NCBI GenBank assembly: GCA_964448725.1
Contig: CAYVAJ010000005.1
Coordinates: forward strand, 2,137 to 66,136
Reading direction: 5' to 3'
DNA length: 64,000 nucleotides
DNA from: an uncultured Gammaproteobacteria bacterium
Lineage (GTDB): Bacteria > Patescibacteriota > Microgenomatia > Levybacterales > GWA1-39-11
A program made the position numbers and the translations under genes. The notes under the pieces are model-generated. The model saw only the letters and a program-made list of their open reading frames with translations. It had not been told where the DNA came from and searched no databases. Below are positions 20,181 to 29,745 of the stretch, in pieces. The stretch's first letter is position 1, and each line of letters starts with the position of its first letter.

Positions 20181-21083
20181 ATGGATAGATCAGTTATTCT
20201 CTCACAAATTTCATTTATAGACTCTAAAATTTCCGAAACCGAAGAATTACTTAGTGATCCGGAAATGTCCGTATTAGCACAAGAGGAACTTGACAGTCTT
20301 AAAAAAGACAAAGCCGCATTACAACAGCAATTAGATGAGATCACTCAATCGTCAGCAAGCGCTGATAATGGAATGCAGCTTAATAATAAAAATATTATTC
20401 TTGAGGTAAAAGGAGCTGCTGGTGGTGATGAGGCAAAAATTTGGGCAAGGGAACTACTCCGCATGTATATGCGTTATGCAGAACGCCGTGGGTTAAAGTA
20501 TGAGATGCTTGATGAATCGACAATTAAAATTATTGGCCGAAATGCTTTTGCTGAATTTAAATATGAAACAGGAGTACATCGAGTACAACGCATTCCAGAG
20601 ACAGAGAAACGGGGCCGTGTACATACATCAACTGCCATTGTGTCAGTACTGCCCGAACTAGAAGATATTGATTTACACATTAAAGATGAAGATATTCAGT
20701 TTGAAGCCTTCAGAAGCGGAGGACATGGCGGACAAAATGTAAATAAAGTATCAACGGCAGTCCGCTTGATTCACACTCCAACGGGACTTATGGTAACCTG
20801 CTCAAATGAGCGGACACAAAACCAAAACCGCGAGATAGCTATGCAAATGCTCCGTGCAAAGCTCTGGGAAATAGAAGTTACCAAAAGACAGGAAACAATG
20901 TCAGAACTTAAAAGTACTCAAGTAGGAAGCGGATCCAGAGCTGAAAAAATCAGAACATATAATTTTCCTCAGGACCGGGTAACTGATCATCGTATTAATA
21001 AATCATTCCATAATCTTCCGCTCGTAATGGATGGAGATATCGGAAAAATCATCGAAGCAATGAAAGAATTGGAAAGCGAATAA
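20181..21083 (+). CDS. prfA: Peptide chain release factor 1 (short form)
   Basis: PET anticodon loop, GGQ and RTYNFPQDRVTDHRI. Confidence 0.93.
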   Translation: MDRSVILSQISFIDSKISETEELLSDPEMSVLAQEELDSLKKDKAALQQQLDEITQSSASADNGMQLNNKNIILEVKGAAGGDEAKIWARELLRMYMRYAERRGLKYEMLDESTIKIIGRNAFAEFKYETGVHRVQRIPETEKRGRVHTSTAIVSVLPELEDIDLHIKDEDIQFEAFRSGGHGGQNVNKVSTAVRLIHTPTGLMVTCSNERTQNQNREIAMQMLRAKLWEIEVTKRQETMSELKSTQVGSGSRAEKIRTYNFPQDRVTDHRINKSFHNLPLVMDGDIGKIIEAMKELESE

Positions 21084-21157
21084 AATATTTATTATTGGCT
21101 AATTTCAGAATACAGCTTGTTTAATATAATATATAATCAATAATCTCTCATAAATAA

Positions 21158-21781
21158 TCATTGCACTTCTACTCGTTTTAGAGAATCATTTTGGCAGGTA
21201 GTAAGTTTGTCCCATGTTCCTCTATATCGTGCATCTCTATCAATAAATTCCGTTATTGGATTTACTGTTTCTTTTTTATATAAATATAACTGCCCATCCC
21301 ACGTACACATTAAATCACCTGATCTGAACTCTCCATACGCACCTTGTAGCTGAAAAATTGCAGCCATAAAGTACCCTGATTCCTGAGCAGTATAATATGC
21401 ATTTCCAATATTTGATCCTTGAGCAATTACTGTCATCATATGTTTTTCATAGGGATGAGATACCACTGGATACGTAGGTGAAAAATATACAATACTCCAG
21501 TTCGCATTTGTTGCAATAGTTTTTAGTTGAACGGTCTCTCCTTTCCTAATAGGAGTTGCAGATAATTCAAGATTTATTGTAGGAGGACTTGCAAATGAAA
21601 CAGGGGAAAAAGAGGCAGTAGAAATCTGGTCTTGATTTGATTTCAACATCAATACAGTAACAGGGATAGATAAGACTATGAGAAGAGAGGTTGCGTAAAA
21701 AAAAAGAGACCCGACACCAACTTGCCCATACTGGGATCGGAATATCTTGTGCCAATAGATAAATAAAGACAATTTTGGCAT
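21158..21781 (-). CDS. Hypothetical single-pass membrane protein
   Basis: 207-aa ORF with one TM near the N-terminus. Confidence 0.6.
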   Translation of the reverse strand: MPKLSLFIYWHKIFRSQYGQVGVGSLFFYATSLLIVLSIPVTVLMLKSNQDQISTASFSPVSFASPPTINLELSATPIRKGETVQLKTIATNANWSIVYFSPTYPVVSHPYEKHMMTVIAQGSNIGNAYYTAQESGYFMAAIFQLQGAYGEFRSGDLMCTWDGQLYLYKKETVNPITEFIDRDARYRGTWDKLTTCQNDSLKRVEVQ

Positions 21782-21867
21782 GTTTAACAGACAATACCCA
21801 CACGTAAAAACGTGGTATATTTCTCACTATAGAAAATTTTGAAGAGGAATACAAGCAGGATGATACC

Positions 21868-22791
21868 TTAATCAACAGATTTTAGAATCTCAATTACTTC
21901 ATCGAGTGTGAACTTTGTTGGTACTGTATGAGGATTTTTAGAACTTCCGTTTAAAAGCATCCGTTTTGATGCATGCAAAAACCATGAGGCATACGGATCT
22001 TTTTCTTTTACAATCGTATACACTGGTGTTAAATCAATATCTCGTTCTTTTTGTCCGTCACCAGTATATTTTTTATCTTTACGCATTCGTGGCTGAGCTT
22101 TGATACGCAGCAAATGATTAGCAGGATCTTGCCGAACTACCACTGCATATCCCTTAATTTGAGCTATTTTCATCACTGTATCATTGACTGTTTCAAACGC
22201 AATTGCATCTCCCCATTTTGTTTTGAACTTCTTTCCTTTATTCTCAAACTCTTCTTCAGCCTCTACTCTGCTTATAAATGAAAGGAGTAATGCATCAAGG
22301 CAAAGCATACCTATTTCAAGAATTTTTTCATCATATACTGGTTGCTGTAATTTAAGCCCATCAAGTACCCCAATTAAGGTAAATTCGCGTAAATATGATG
22401 CACTATCAGCATAGAATACCTGCTGGAAATGGTCTTCATCTATTACCAAATCAATAATTTTTTCTAGCGCAGATTCTGTCGCAGTATTTGTATCAATTGT
22501 GTTATCAGATTGATTACGTACATAATCAAAGACAAGACTTGCAGCACAGATTGTCTCATCTTGGAATTGGTGATGATCAAGCACTCCAAGCCCAGTATCT
22601 ACATGAATCACCTCATTACTGCCAATTACCTCAATTGCTTCACCTTCTTTTTTATAATGTCCTGAAAGCTTTTGACCTGCAGGAACAAAATCAACTTTCG
22701 CATCCTTCCACTCAGGAAGAAACCGTTTCAATAACCATACAGAAGTAACTGCATCAAGGTCAGGGGATTTATGAGTGACGATAATCTTCAT
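21868..22791 (-). CDS. DHH-superfamily-like (MYG1-like) putative phosphoesterase
   Basis: THKSPDLDA, HVDTG and LDHH motifs. Confidence 0.6.
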   Translation of the reverse strand: MKIIVTHKSPDLDAVTSVWLLKRFLPEWKDAKVDFVPAGQKLSGHYKKEGEAIEVIGSNEVIHVDTGLGVLDHHQFQDETICAASLVFDYVRNQSDNTIDTNTATESALEKIIDLVIDEDHFQQVFYADSASYLREFTLIGVLDGLKLQQPVYDEKILEIGMLCLDALLLSFISRVEAEEEFENKGKKFKTKWGDAIAFETVNDTVMKIAQIKGYAVVVRQDPANHLLRIKAQPRMRKDKKYTGDGQKERDIDLTPVYTIVKEKDPYASWFLHASKRMLLNGSSKNPHTVPTKFTLDEVIEILKSVD

Positions 22792-22799
22792 AATAATAA

Positions 22800-22895
22800 G
22801 TGGAAAACTGAGAGCTGAAAACGGAAAGTTATAAATTAAAGCTGAAAATTTTTACGTTATAGTTCTACACTCCACACTCTACACTTTTCACTCTG
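22800..22895. repeat. Inverted degenerate heptamer array
   Basis: GAAAACT-GAGAGCT-GAAAACG-GAAAGTT, then CTACACT-CCACACT-CTACACT-TTTCACT. Confidence 0.75.
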
Positions 22896-22968
22896 AGTAT
22901 ACATTTTTTGAACTCTCCAAGCAAGTAATTTACTTGACATTCCTTTCACCATTTCCATATCATGATGT

Positions 22969-23367
22969 ATGGACTCAAAAAAAACTCTCAAGCCTGAGCT
23001 TAAAGAAATCTATGAGCGAGTAATGAATACGAAAGCTGCTCCCCGGCAACAGTCAAATACGCCACAAGCCGCACCAAAAACCGAACCTACTGCTCATGCT
23101 CCTCAAGCAAAAACAGAGGAGCCGTATCTTGCCTCTTCTGCACCACGTCCAGTTACTCAAGATACGGGGACATTTGTTTTTTCCAGTAATAGCAAGAATA
23201 AAGGAAATGCATCAAAAGAAGAGGAAAAATCAAAAAGTTCATCTAACCACTCAACTTCTAAGAAACAAGAGGAAAACAGTAATTTGTTTCCTATTCTAGG
23301 GGTGATTGCAGTCGTATTCCTTATTATTTACGCAGTATTCTGGGCAATTTACTTTAATATCTTATAG
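22969..23367 (+). CDS. Hypothetical tail-anchored membrane protein
   Basis: N-terminal LKEIYERVM, disordered middle, C-terminal TM; TTGACA upstream. Confidence 0.7.
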   Translation: MDSKKTLKPELKEIYERVMNTKAAPRQQSNTPQAAPKTEPTAHAPQAKTEEPYLASSAPRPVTQDTGTFVFSSNSKNKGNASKEEEKSKSSSNHSTSKKQEENSNLFPILGVIAVVFLIIYAVFWAIYFNIL

Positions 23368-23378
23368 CGGATACTTAG

Positions 23379-24596
23379 CTACTCTTTGTAATACGTTTTA
23401 ACAAATTCTATTACCTTATCTATAGATAGCAACTGTGCATCTTTTTCATTTCTCATTTTAATTTCGGCCTGATCTCCTGTTTTTGCCGAGACAACAACAC
23501 GGACTGGAATACCAACTAAATCACAATCTGAAAATTTTTCACCTGCACCACGATCAGTTCTATCATCATATAAAACCTCAATTCCGACATCTTGCAGCTT
23601 CTCATATACATTCTCTGCTGTTTCGCTTAACCCCACCAAATGTACCTGAAAAGGAGCAACTGATTTAGGCCAAATAATACCACGGTCATCATGTGATACC
23701 TCAACAATAGTGCCCATTACCCGTGTTGGTCCAATTCCATAACTTGCAAACCACACTGGTTTTCTTGATCCATCACGATCAGTAAATAAAGCTCCCATTT
23801 TTTCTGCATACCATGTACCAAGCGGGAAAATATTACCTACCTCAATTGATTTTTCTGATCGTAAATTACTTCGTTTTTTATCTTCCTCTGTCATAACCTC
23901 ATCATTTTTTGCATACTTCCAATCATCTGCAAAGTAGATAGTATCTTCACCGCTTGGGGCAATTACTTGGAATTCATGCGTATGATGATCGGTAAACACT
24001 CCGCCTGATGCTTCAGTAATATGCACATCAAGTCCTATGCGCTTGAATGCATTTAGATAACTGTCAGCAACTTTCCAATAATACTCAAACATGTCTTCTT
24101 GTGAAACATGTGCACTATAAAGATCTTTCATCAAAAACTCCCGCCCTCGAAGAATTCCTGATTTTGCACGAAGTTCATTCCGGAACTTTGTTGAGAAATG
24201 ATAGAGTTTTACGGGTAAATCTTTGTAACTTGTGATGTGTTTTCGAATAAGATCCATGACTATCTCTTCATGGGTAAAAGAAAGAGCATATTCTCTACTC
24301 TCTTTTTCAAATTGGTACATTACTTCACGTGCGCTATCCCACCGTCCTGTTTCATTCCATATTTCTTTAGGATGAAGCAATGGCATAAGAACTTCTTGAG
24401 CTCCTGTAGCATTCATCTCTTCCCGAACAATTTGCTCAATTTTACGTTCTACTCGCCGCCCTAATGGCATAAGTGTGTATGAACCAGCCATAAGCTTATC
24501 AATAAATCCACCTTGGAGTAGATACTTTGCATTAACCGCTACTTCATCACGAGGAATATCTTTACTTGATTTGCCAAAAAGTTCTGAATATCGCAT
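23379..24596 (-). CDS. proS: Proline--tRNA ligase (short form without editing insert)
   Basis: THEE, FRNELR, RGREFLMKD, IEVGNIF and YGIG. Confidence 0.96.
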   Translation of the reverse strand: MRYSELFGKSSKDIPRDEVAVNAKYLLQGGFIDKLMAGSYTLMPLGRRVERKIEQIVREEMNATGAQEVLMPLLHPKEIWNETGRWDSAREVMYQFEKESREYALSFTHEEIVMDLIRKHITSYKDLPVKLYHFSTKFRNELRAKSGILRGREFLMKDLYSAHVSQEDMFEYYWKVADSYLNAFKRIGLDVHITEASGGVFTDHHTHEFQVIAPSGEDTIYFADDWKYAKNDEVMTEEDKKRSNLRSEKSIEVGNIFPLGTWYAEKMGALFTDRDGSRKPVWFASYGIGPTRVMGTIVEVSHDDRGIIWPKSVAPFQVHLVGLSETAENVYEKLQDVGIEVLYDDRTDRGAGEKFSDCDLVGIPVRVVVSAKTGDQAEIKMRNEKDAQLLSIDKVIEFVKTYYKE

Positions 24597-24681
24597 ATCT
24601 GCAGTATACCAAAATTTTAAGCACATTTTAAGGCAGGTTATATCTGTTATTATAGATTCTAATAAAATCTATAAAGTTGTT

Positions 24682-25686
24682 TTATGCTGATTTTTGATTA
24701 AATGGCACAGTAGAAAAATCACTCTTTCCTTTTGATACAGATTCTTTTTTCACTGTGATTTTTGGCAATTGTATCTCCTGCTGTTTTTTTGAGATTCCAC
24801 CTGGCTGTTGTCCCTGTTGATTTTTCCCATTCTGTCCCTCGTACTTTACCATTTCCTGCAGAAGAACACCCATAAGTTTGACGAGTAGTTCAAATAAAGT
24901 TATTTTTTCTTTCTCATCATCCTCTTCTTTATGCAGTTTTTTTGCCATTTCAAGTAATGCTAACGCCATTGTATTCATTGTCTCTGACTGCTGCTTAACA
25001 AGCTCTTTAAATTCTTGTAATTCTTTTTTCAGCTCATCATTTTCTTCCAACAATCGAGCAAATTCTTCTTCAATAGCTGAAATTTTTCCTTCAATACTCT
25101 CTGGAAGACCTGCATTTTTTTCTGCCAGGAACCGATTCATTGCCTCATCTCTTAATACCTGAGGATCAATATCTTCTCCATTAGCAATCATCTCACTCGC
25201 TACTTCGCCAAGTTTTTGTTTGTACAGTGGATCATCACTTACTTCTGCAGCAATATATTCAACGATTTCTTGTTTTTTAGACAAAGTATTTTCTCTCTGC
25301 TTTCCTTCAAAATCAACTGATGTATTTTCATCAGTTACTATACTTTTCTCAGTTCCAAAATTATTTAATACATCTCTTTCTTGTTGTACTTCTTCAGCAT
25401 ATTGTTCTTGATCTGAAAAATCATCACCACTGGCAAGTTTTTTAAATGTATCTGCAATTCCATGTTCTTTTGCATACTTTAATACATTGTCTGGGTCCAG
25501 CCTATTCTGTGATACTACCTCTTGATGATCACTTTCCCGTGTTTGTACAACAGGGGTTTCTACTTCCGAGCTCATTATTACTTCACCACTTATCGGCATT
25601 GGCGCTTGTACAGATGGTGTATATGTATTAGCCACTGGTGCTACCTGCATTGTTGATCCTCCTCCTTCAAAACTTCCTTTATCCAT
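24682..25686 (-). CDS. Hypothetical acidic coiled-coil protein
   Basis: 334-aa ORF with a heptad-rich C-terminal half. Confidence 0.7.
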   Translation of the reverse strand: MDKGSFEGGGSTMQVAPVANTYTPSVQAPMPISGEVIMSSEVETPVVQTRESDHQEVVSQNRLDPDNVLKYAKEHGIADTFKKLASGDDFSDQEQYAEEVQQERDVLNNFGTEKSIVTDENTSVDFEGKQRENTLSKKQEIVEYIAAEVSDDPLYKQKLGEVASEMIANGEDIDPQVLRDEAMNRFLAEKNAGLPESIEGKISAIEEEFARLLEENDELKKELQEFKELVKQQSETMNTMALALLEMAKKLHKEEDDEKEKITLFELLVKLMGVLLQEMVKYEGQNGKNQQGQQPGGISKKQQEIQLPKITVKKESVSKGKSDFSTVPFNQKSA

Positions 25687-25693
25687 AATAAAT

Positions 25694-25737
25694 ATTGAGA
25701 AATGAGAGTTGAGATTTAAAAATTTTCTATTCCTCTC
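25694..25737. repeat. Short degenerate heptamer array
   Basis: TGAGAAA-TGAGAGT-TGAGATT, then TTCTATT-CCTCTC. Confidence 0.5.
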
Positions 25738-26071
25738 AGTTCAATCCTCCTTTCTGTAAAACAGTTACTGCATGTTCATACTGTGCTGTCTGCATGTATT
25801 TTCGCGCTTCAGACAACACATATTCTTTTTTCTGATTAAAATATTCTGATGCTGTTTTTATATATACCTCAAGCATTTCAGCATATTTTTCTATCAATTT
25901 TCCCATACATTCAAATAATTCATCGGTATTTTTCGCACTCATTAATACTAGATATTCTTGTGCAATTGTCTGTGCTTTTTTTTGCGAGAGACTTCCATGT
26001 CGTAAACCCATGATAATCTTTACCATCAGCTCTCGTTCAATATCTTTTTTATATGTTTCAAAATTTTTCAT
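25736..26071 (-). CDS. Hypothetical helical protein
   Basis: Start MKNFETY lies 1 nt after the upstream stop. Confidence 0.65.
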   Translation of the reverse strand: MKNFETYKKDIERELMVKIIMGLRHGSLSQKKAQTIAQEYLVLMSAKNTDELFECMGKLIEKYAEMLEVYIKTASEYFNQKKEYVLSEARKYMQTAQYEHAVTVLQKGGLN

Positions 26072-26072
26072 A

Positions 26073-26288
26073 TTATTCCTCTGTTGCACGATCAATTTGT
26101 TCTTTTTTCTCTTCTGCTTCTTGCCGAGCATCTTCACGTTCTTGTGCTGCTATTTGTGCTTGCATTAATTCTTGTTCGAGCTGCTGTACTTCGTGATCCA
26201 TTTCTTCTGCCTCCATTCGCACATCACTCACTTCAGTTTGTGCAACTCTGTGTATTTCCTGAATTTCGATTAACTGTTCCTTATTCAT
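26073..26288 (-). CDS. Small acidic coiled-coil protein
   Basis: TATACT 6 nt before the ATG of MNKEQL; E/Q/A-rich. Confidence 0.65.
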   Translation of the reverse strand: MNKEQLIEIQEIHRVAQTEVSDVRMEAEEMDHEVQQLEQELMQAQIAAQEREDARQEAEEKKEQIDRATEE

Positions 26289-26364
26289 GATGCTAGTATA
26301 CTGCCGATACATATACACAACTTGATATAATACTCACAAATAAATCACAAAAAGGGATATTCGT

Positions 26365-27105
26365 ATGCCTGAAAAGTTTACTAATCTAGCAGTACAAGAG
26401 GTTCTTTCACGATCAATGCGTGATTTTGAGTCATGGCAGGAAGAATTTAATGCGTTACAAACTGTTGCAATTCCTTCTCATATATCAGGTGTATTTATTC
26501 CTGAAAGAATTTTAGAGTTAGCAGATGATCCATTTGCTGTTCGTTGTGAAATAATACCTCATGATATTAGTGTAAATAACTCGTCTTCACTTAATTTCCT
26601 TATTATTGAAAGAAAAAAAGATCCTATTTCTGATCCTGATAGATTTGAATCGTTTAAAAGGGGAGAAATTGATCCTCAGTGGAAGGAGAAACGTACATCA
26701 TATTATCTGGGAACGGAAGCACCTGAAGGAATAGATTTCAGACATGCATCACATGAAAAATTACTCCATAGCACCAATATTAATGCATATGACAAAATTT
26801 ATATCGACTATTCATCTTCTGTCCCAAAAACACACCCAGAGATACTACAGACAAATAGTTATCTTGATCGTCCTGATATGCATGGTCTGGGAATTGCAAC
26901 TAGTTTTCTTGATCGGAGTGATGAAATATGGAAAAAACTAGGTTTTACCTATCGCATAGGAGTTACTTGGAGTCCTAATCCTTCTTTTTTTCTTAAACGG
27001 GGAGTGGACATACGAGAACTTCCTGATAACGAACGTAAGTACCTCTCTCCACTATATCAAGGTTATATTAACCATGGAGATCCGGTAATTGTGAAAAAAT
27101 TATAA
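26365..27105 (+). CDS. Hypothetical protein, possible GNAT-like C-terminal fold
   Basis: PDMHGLGIATSFL resembles the acetyl-CoA-binding motif A. Confidence 0.5.
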   Translation: MPEKFTNLAVQEVLSRSMRDFESWQEEFNALQTVAIPSHISGVFIPERILELADDPFAVRCEIIPHDISVNNSSSLNFLIIERKKDPISDPDRFESFKRGEIDPQWKEKRTSYYLGTEAPEGIDFRHASHEKLLHSTNINAYDKIYIDYSSSVPKTHPEILQTNSYLDRPDMHGLGIATSFLDRSDEIWKKLGFTYRIGVTWSPNPSFFLKRGVDIRELPDNERKYLSPLYQGYINHGDPVIVKKL

Positions 27106-27117
27106 CAATTTATTTCG

Positions 27118-27396
27118 TTATTTACCTAAAAGACCTCCAAGTCCTCCACCCATTTCCTGCATTTTTTGCGCAGCTTTCTTTTGAGCTTTATTGATTGCTT
27201 CGTTGAGTGCTTCTTTCACATCATTCATCTCTTCACCATTAATGGTAAACTCTTTGATTTTCATATCTCCAGTCATAACGATATGTGCACGTCCACGATC
27301 TTCAGTTACTTCTAATTTTTTTAGTTCGTTCTGTAATTTTTGTGCTTCTTGTCGTAATTTATTAAGATCACCTAATCCTTTTAATGGATTAATCAT
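27118..27396 (-). CDS. ybaB: YbaB/EbfC nucleoid-associated protein
   Basis: AQKLQNEL...GDMKI...ALNEA; downstream of dnaX; SD GAGGTG. Confidence 0.9.
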   Translation of the reverse strand: MINPLKGLGDLNKLRQEAQKLQNELKKLEVTEDRGRAHIVMTGDMKIKEFTINGEEMNDVKEALNEAINKAQKKAAQKMQEMGGGLGGLLGK

Positions 27397-27480
27397 ATAT
27401 ATCACCTCGCTTTCAAAGCCTGGCACTAACCAGGATAAAACTGTCTATTTATTATACTGATTCTGCCAATCTTTACAACA

Positions 27481-28941
27481 TTAACTAACAATTGTTATCT
27501 CTACTTTTGTTGCATCTCCTAGTATCTCTGTGGCACATTTCTCAAGCAATTTTTTGACTGTAGGGTCAGACAAGCGTTCCCCATGAAATTTAAATTTCGA
27601 TCCTATTGTCATGACACCTTTTTTCACTTCTACAATCGTACATCCTCGTAAAATTCCTGCTACTGAATGATTTTCTTTTTTCACTGTATCAATAAGCTTT
27701 CCAAGCATATGATTATCATCGGTAGATGATTTTGTATGCACTGTCTCGGTCACTGGTTCTGCCACTATCTCTGTTCCTTTTGCTACTGATACAACAGCTT
27801 TTACGTTCTGAACAGAAATGTCTTGAGTATTCTCTGTAAGATATTCTAATAAAGCTATTTCCAGAGGTAACTGCGCGAGTACTGAGAACCTCAATTGACC
27901 ATATGACACATTCAAAAGTTCCAAGAGTCGTTTTATTTGGGTGATAGATAGATCTGATACCTCTACTCCCTTGGCAAGATTAGATTTAATAAGTAACTGA
28001 TCATGTAATAGATTTACTAGTTTTTCATATACAATTTTAAAGTCCACACCGCCTTCAGCAATTTTCTGAATGATTTGCAGCGCACTTGATGCATCATGCA
28101 CTGCTATACTCGTCAAAAGTGCAGAGACATGTTGATCAGTACTGCCTGTTTTAAATACTTCCTCAAGAGTATTCGCTGTTATTTTTTTTCGTTGTGCATG
28201 AAATGCAAGTTCTTCAAGTGTTTTTGCCGCATTACGAAATGCACCATCTGATAATGCATAAATTTGTTCAATCACCTCTTCATCTATCTGTAAATTTTCT
28301 CCCTCAACAATTCGTTTGAGTGACCGCACTAACTCTTCTTTATTTGGTTTCTCAAATCGTACATGAAAAGTACGGGAAGTAATGGTAGTAGGAATCTTCC
28401 ACTCTTCTGTAGTGCATAGAATAAATACCACATGGTTCGGCGGTTCCTCAAGTGTTTTGAGTAGGGCATTAAATGCTTCTGTCGTTAACATATGCACTTC
28501 ATCAATAATATAAATCTTGCGTTTAAGTTGTGCTGGAGAGAATTTAATACGCTCACGTAACTCTCGGATCTCATCAATTCCCCGATTTGAAGCTGCATCA
28601 ATTTCAAGCACATCAACATGAGATCCTTTTGTTATCGCTTCACATATATCACATGCGTTACAAGGCTCTATGCCTAATTGAGAGTTGAGAGTTGAGGATT
28701 GAGAATTATCTTTTTCACTTTTGTTTTTCAATTCTTCATTCTCACTTTTCAACTTACTCTTACAATTTATTGCTTTTGCTAAAATTCTTGCACTTGAAGT
28801 CTTACCAAGTCCTTTAGGTCCAGTAAATAGGAAAGCATGCGGCAAGTCATCTGAATTAAGAAGGTGAGTGAACTTATCTCTCACAATTGTCAGATCGAGT
28901 TCAGCTATTGTTTGCGGACGGTATTTTCGATAAAAAACCAT
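27481..28941 (-). CDS. dnaX: DNA polymerase III subunit gamma/tau
   Basis: YRKYRP, GPKGLGKT, EIDAASN, IDEVHML and KTLEEPP. Confidence 0.97.
   Translation of the reverse strand: MVFYRKYRPQTIAELDLTIVRDKFTHLLNSDDLPHAFLFTGPKGLGKTSSARILAKAINCKSKLKSENEELKNKSEKDNSQSSTLNSQLGIEPCNACDICEAITKGSHVDVLEIDAASNRGIDEIRELRERIKFSPAQLKRKIYIIDEVHMLTTEAFNALLKTLEEPPNHVVFILCTTEEWKIPTTITSRTFHVRFEKPNKEELVRSLKRIVEGENLQIDEEVIEQIYALSDGAFRNAAKTLEELAFHAQRKKITANTLEEVFKTGSTDQHVSALLTSIAVHDASSALQIIQKIAEGGVDFKIVYEKLVNLLHDQLLIKSNLAKGVEVSDLSITQIKRLLELLNVSYGQLRFSVLAQLPLEIALLEYLTENTQDISVQNVKAVVSVAKGTEIVAEPVTETVHTKSSTDDNHMLGKLIDTVKKENHSVAGILRGCTIVEVKKGVMTIGSKFKFHGERLSDPTVKKLLEKCATEILGDATKVEITIVS
28675..28761. repeat. Inverted heptamer array lying in frame within dnaX
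   Basis: AGAGTTG-AGAGTTG-AGGATTG-AGAATTA, then TTTCAAT-TCTTCAT-TCTCACT-TTTCAAC. Confidence 0.8.
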
Positions 28942-28947
28942 AATATA

Positions 28948-29017
28948 AATTGAAAATAGAAAATTGAAAATGGAGAATTAATTTTTATTTCAACTCTCAA
29001 CTTTCAATTCTCAATTT
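28948..29017. repeat. Inverted heptamer array between ybeY and dnaX
   Basis: AAAATAG-AAAATTG-AAAATGG-AGAATTA, then CAACTCT-CAACTTT-CAATTCT-CAATTT. Confidence 0.85.
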
Positions 29018-29018
29018 A

Positions 29019-29408
29019 CTAATGGTGTTCTCCTAGTAGATGAAGCAATCCATGCTCTACCAGCTCAGCTATTTTACGATCAACCAGCATATTATCTCGT
29101 GCAGCATCTTCAACAGCAATAGGATAGCACACGATCACGTCTCCTAATATAAGGAAATCTGTGGGCATCACTGTTGCTGCTCCCTCCATCTGAGAAAAAG
29201 ACAGTACGTTTGTTGCACGGTCAATATTACGATACTTATTATTGAGATCGCGCATCTTACGGCTCCCTACAATCGCAATTGACACTTCTGTTGGTCCAAC
29301 AATACCTTTTGCTTTTAACACTGATTCTACTGTTTGCTTAATTCTTTTACGGTCAACCTTATAGCGACTCTCAACATATATCTGGATGGAAAAATTATTT
29401 TCTGCCAT
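29019..29408 (-). CDS. ybeY: rRNA maturation RNase YbeY
   Basis: LNNKYR, TNVLSF and HGLLHLLGEHH. Confidence 0.95.
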   Translation of the reverse strand: MAENNFSIQIYVESRYKVDRKRIKQTVESVLKAKGIVGPTEVSIAIVGSRKMRDLNNKYRNIDRATNVLSFSQMEGAATVMPTDFLILGDVIVCYPIAVEDAARDNMLVDRKIAELVEHGLLHLLGEHH

Positions 29409-29556
29409 ATAAAACCTTACCTGCAGATTGTATCATCGTGTCAATACTATTGCAAAGAATAATCAATGAGATTAAGACACTTTTTGCGCATACAGGAATT
29501 TCCACAGTATAAATAGATACTATGGAATAACTTTCAATGATAGCGGGTAAAAAGTA

Positions 29557-29745
29557 TTATCCGTTGTGTTGCTTTACAGCAAATTTACGAGTAAGCTCCT
29601 TTTTAAATTTTTTCGCAAGAGAAGGCTTGAGATAAAACTCTCTTTTTTTCATTTCTTGGATAATACCTTCATTCATCACTTTTCGTGAGAACTTCCGAAT
29701 CATTGCATCTGGTGAGTCACCTGGACCTTTTTTTACATATACCAT
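29557..29745 (-). CDS. rpsU: 30S ribosomal protein S21
   Basis: IRKFSRKV and REFYLKPS. Confidence 0.93.
   Translation of the reverse strand: MVYVKKGPGDSPDAMIRKFSRKVMNEGIIQEMKKREFYLKPSLAKKFKKELTRKFAVKQHNG

Noticed and set aside
28182-28189. A8 run in dnaX as a gamma/tau frameshift or slippage site
   Set aside because: It falls near codon 252, inside the conserved clamp-loader core, so it is too early to give a functional gamma. Homopolymer runs are common in this AT-rich DNA.
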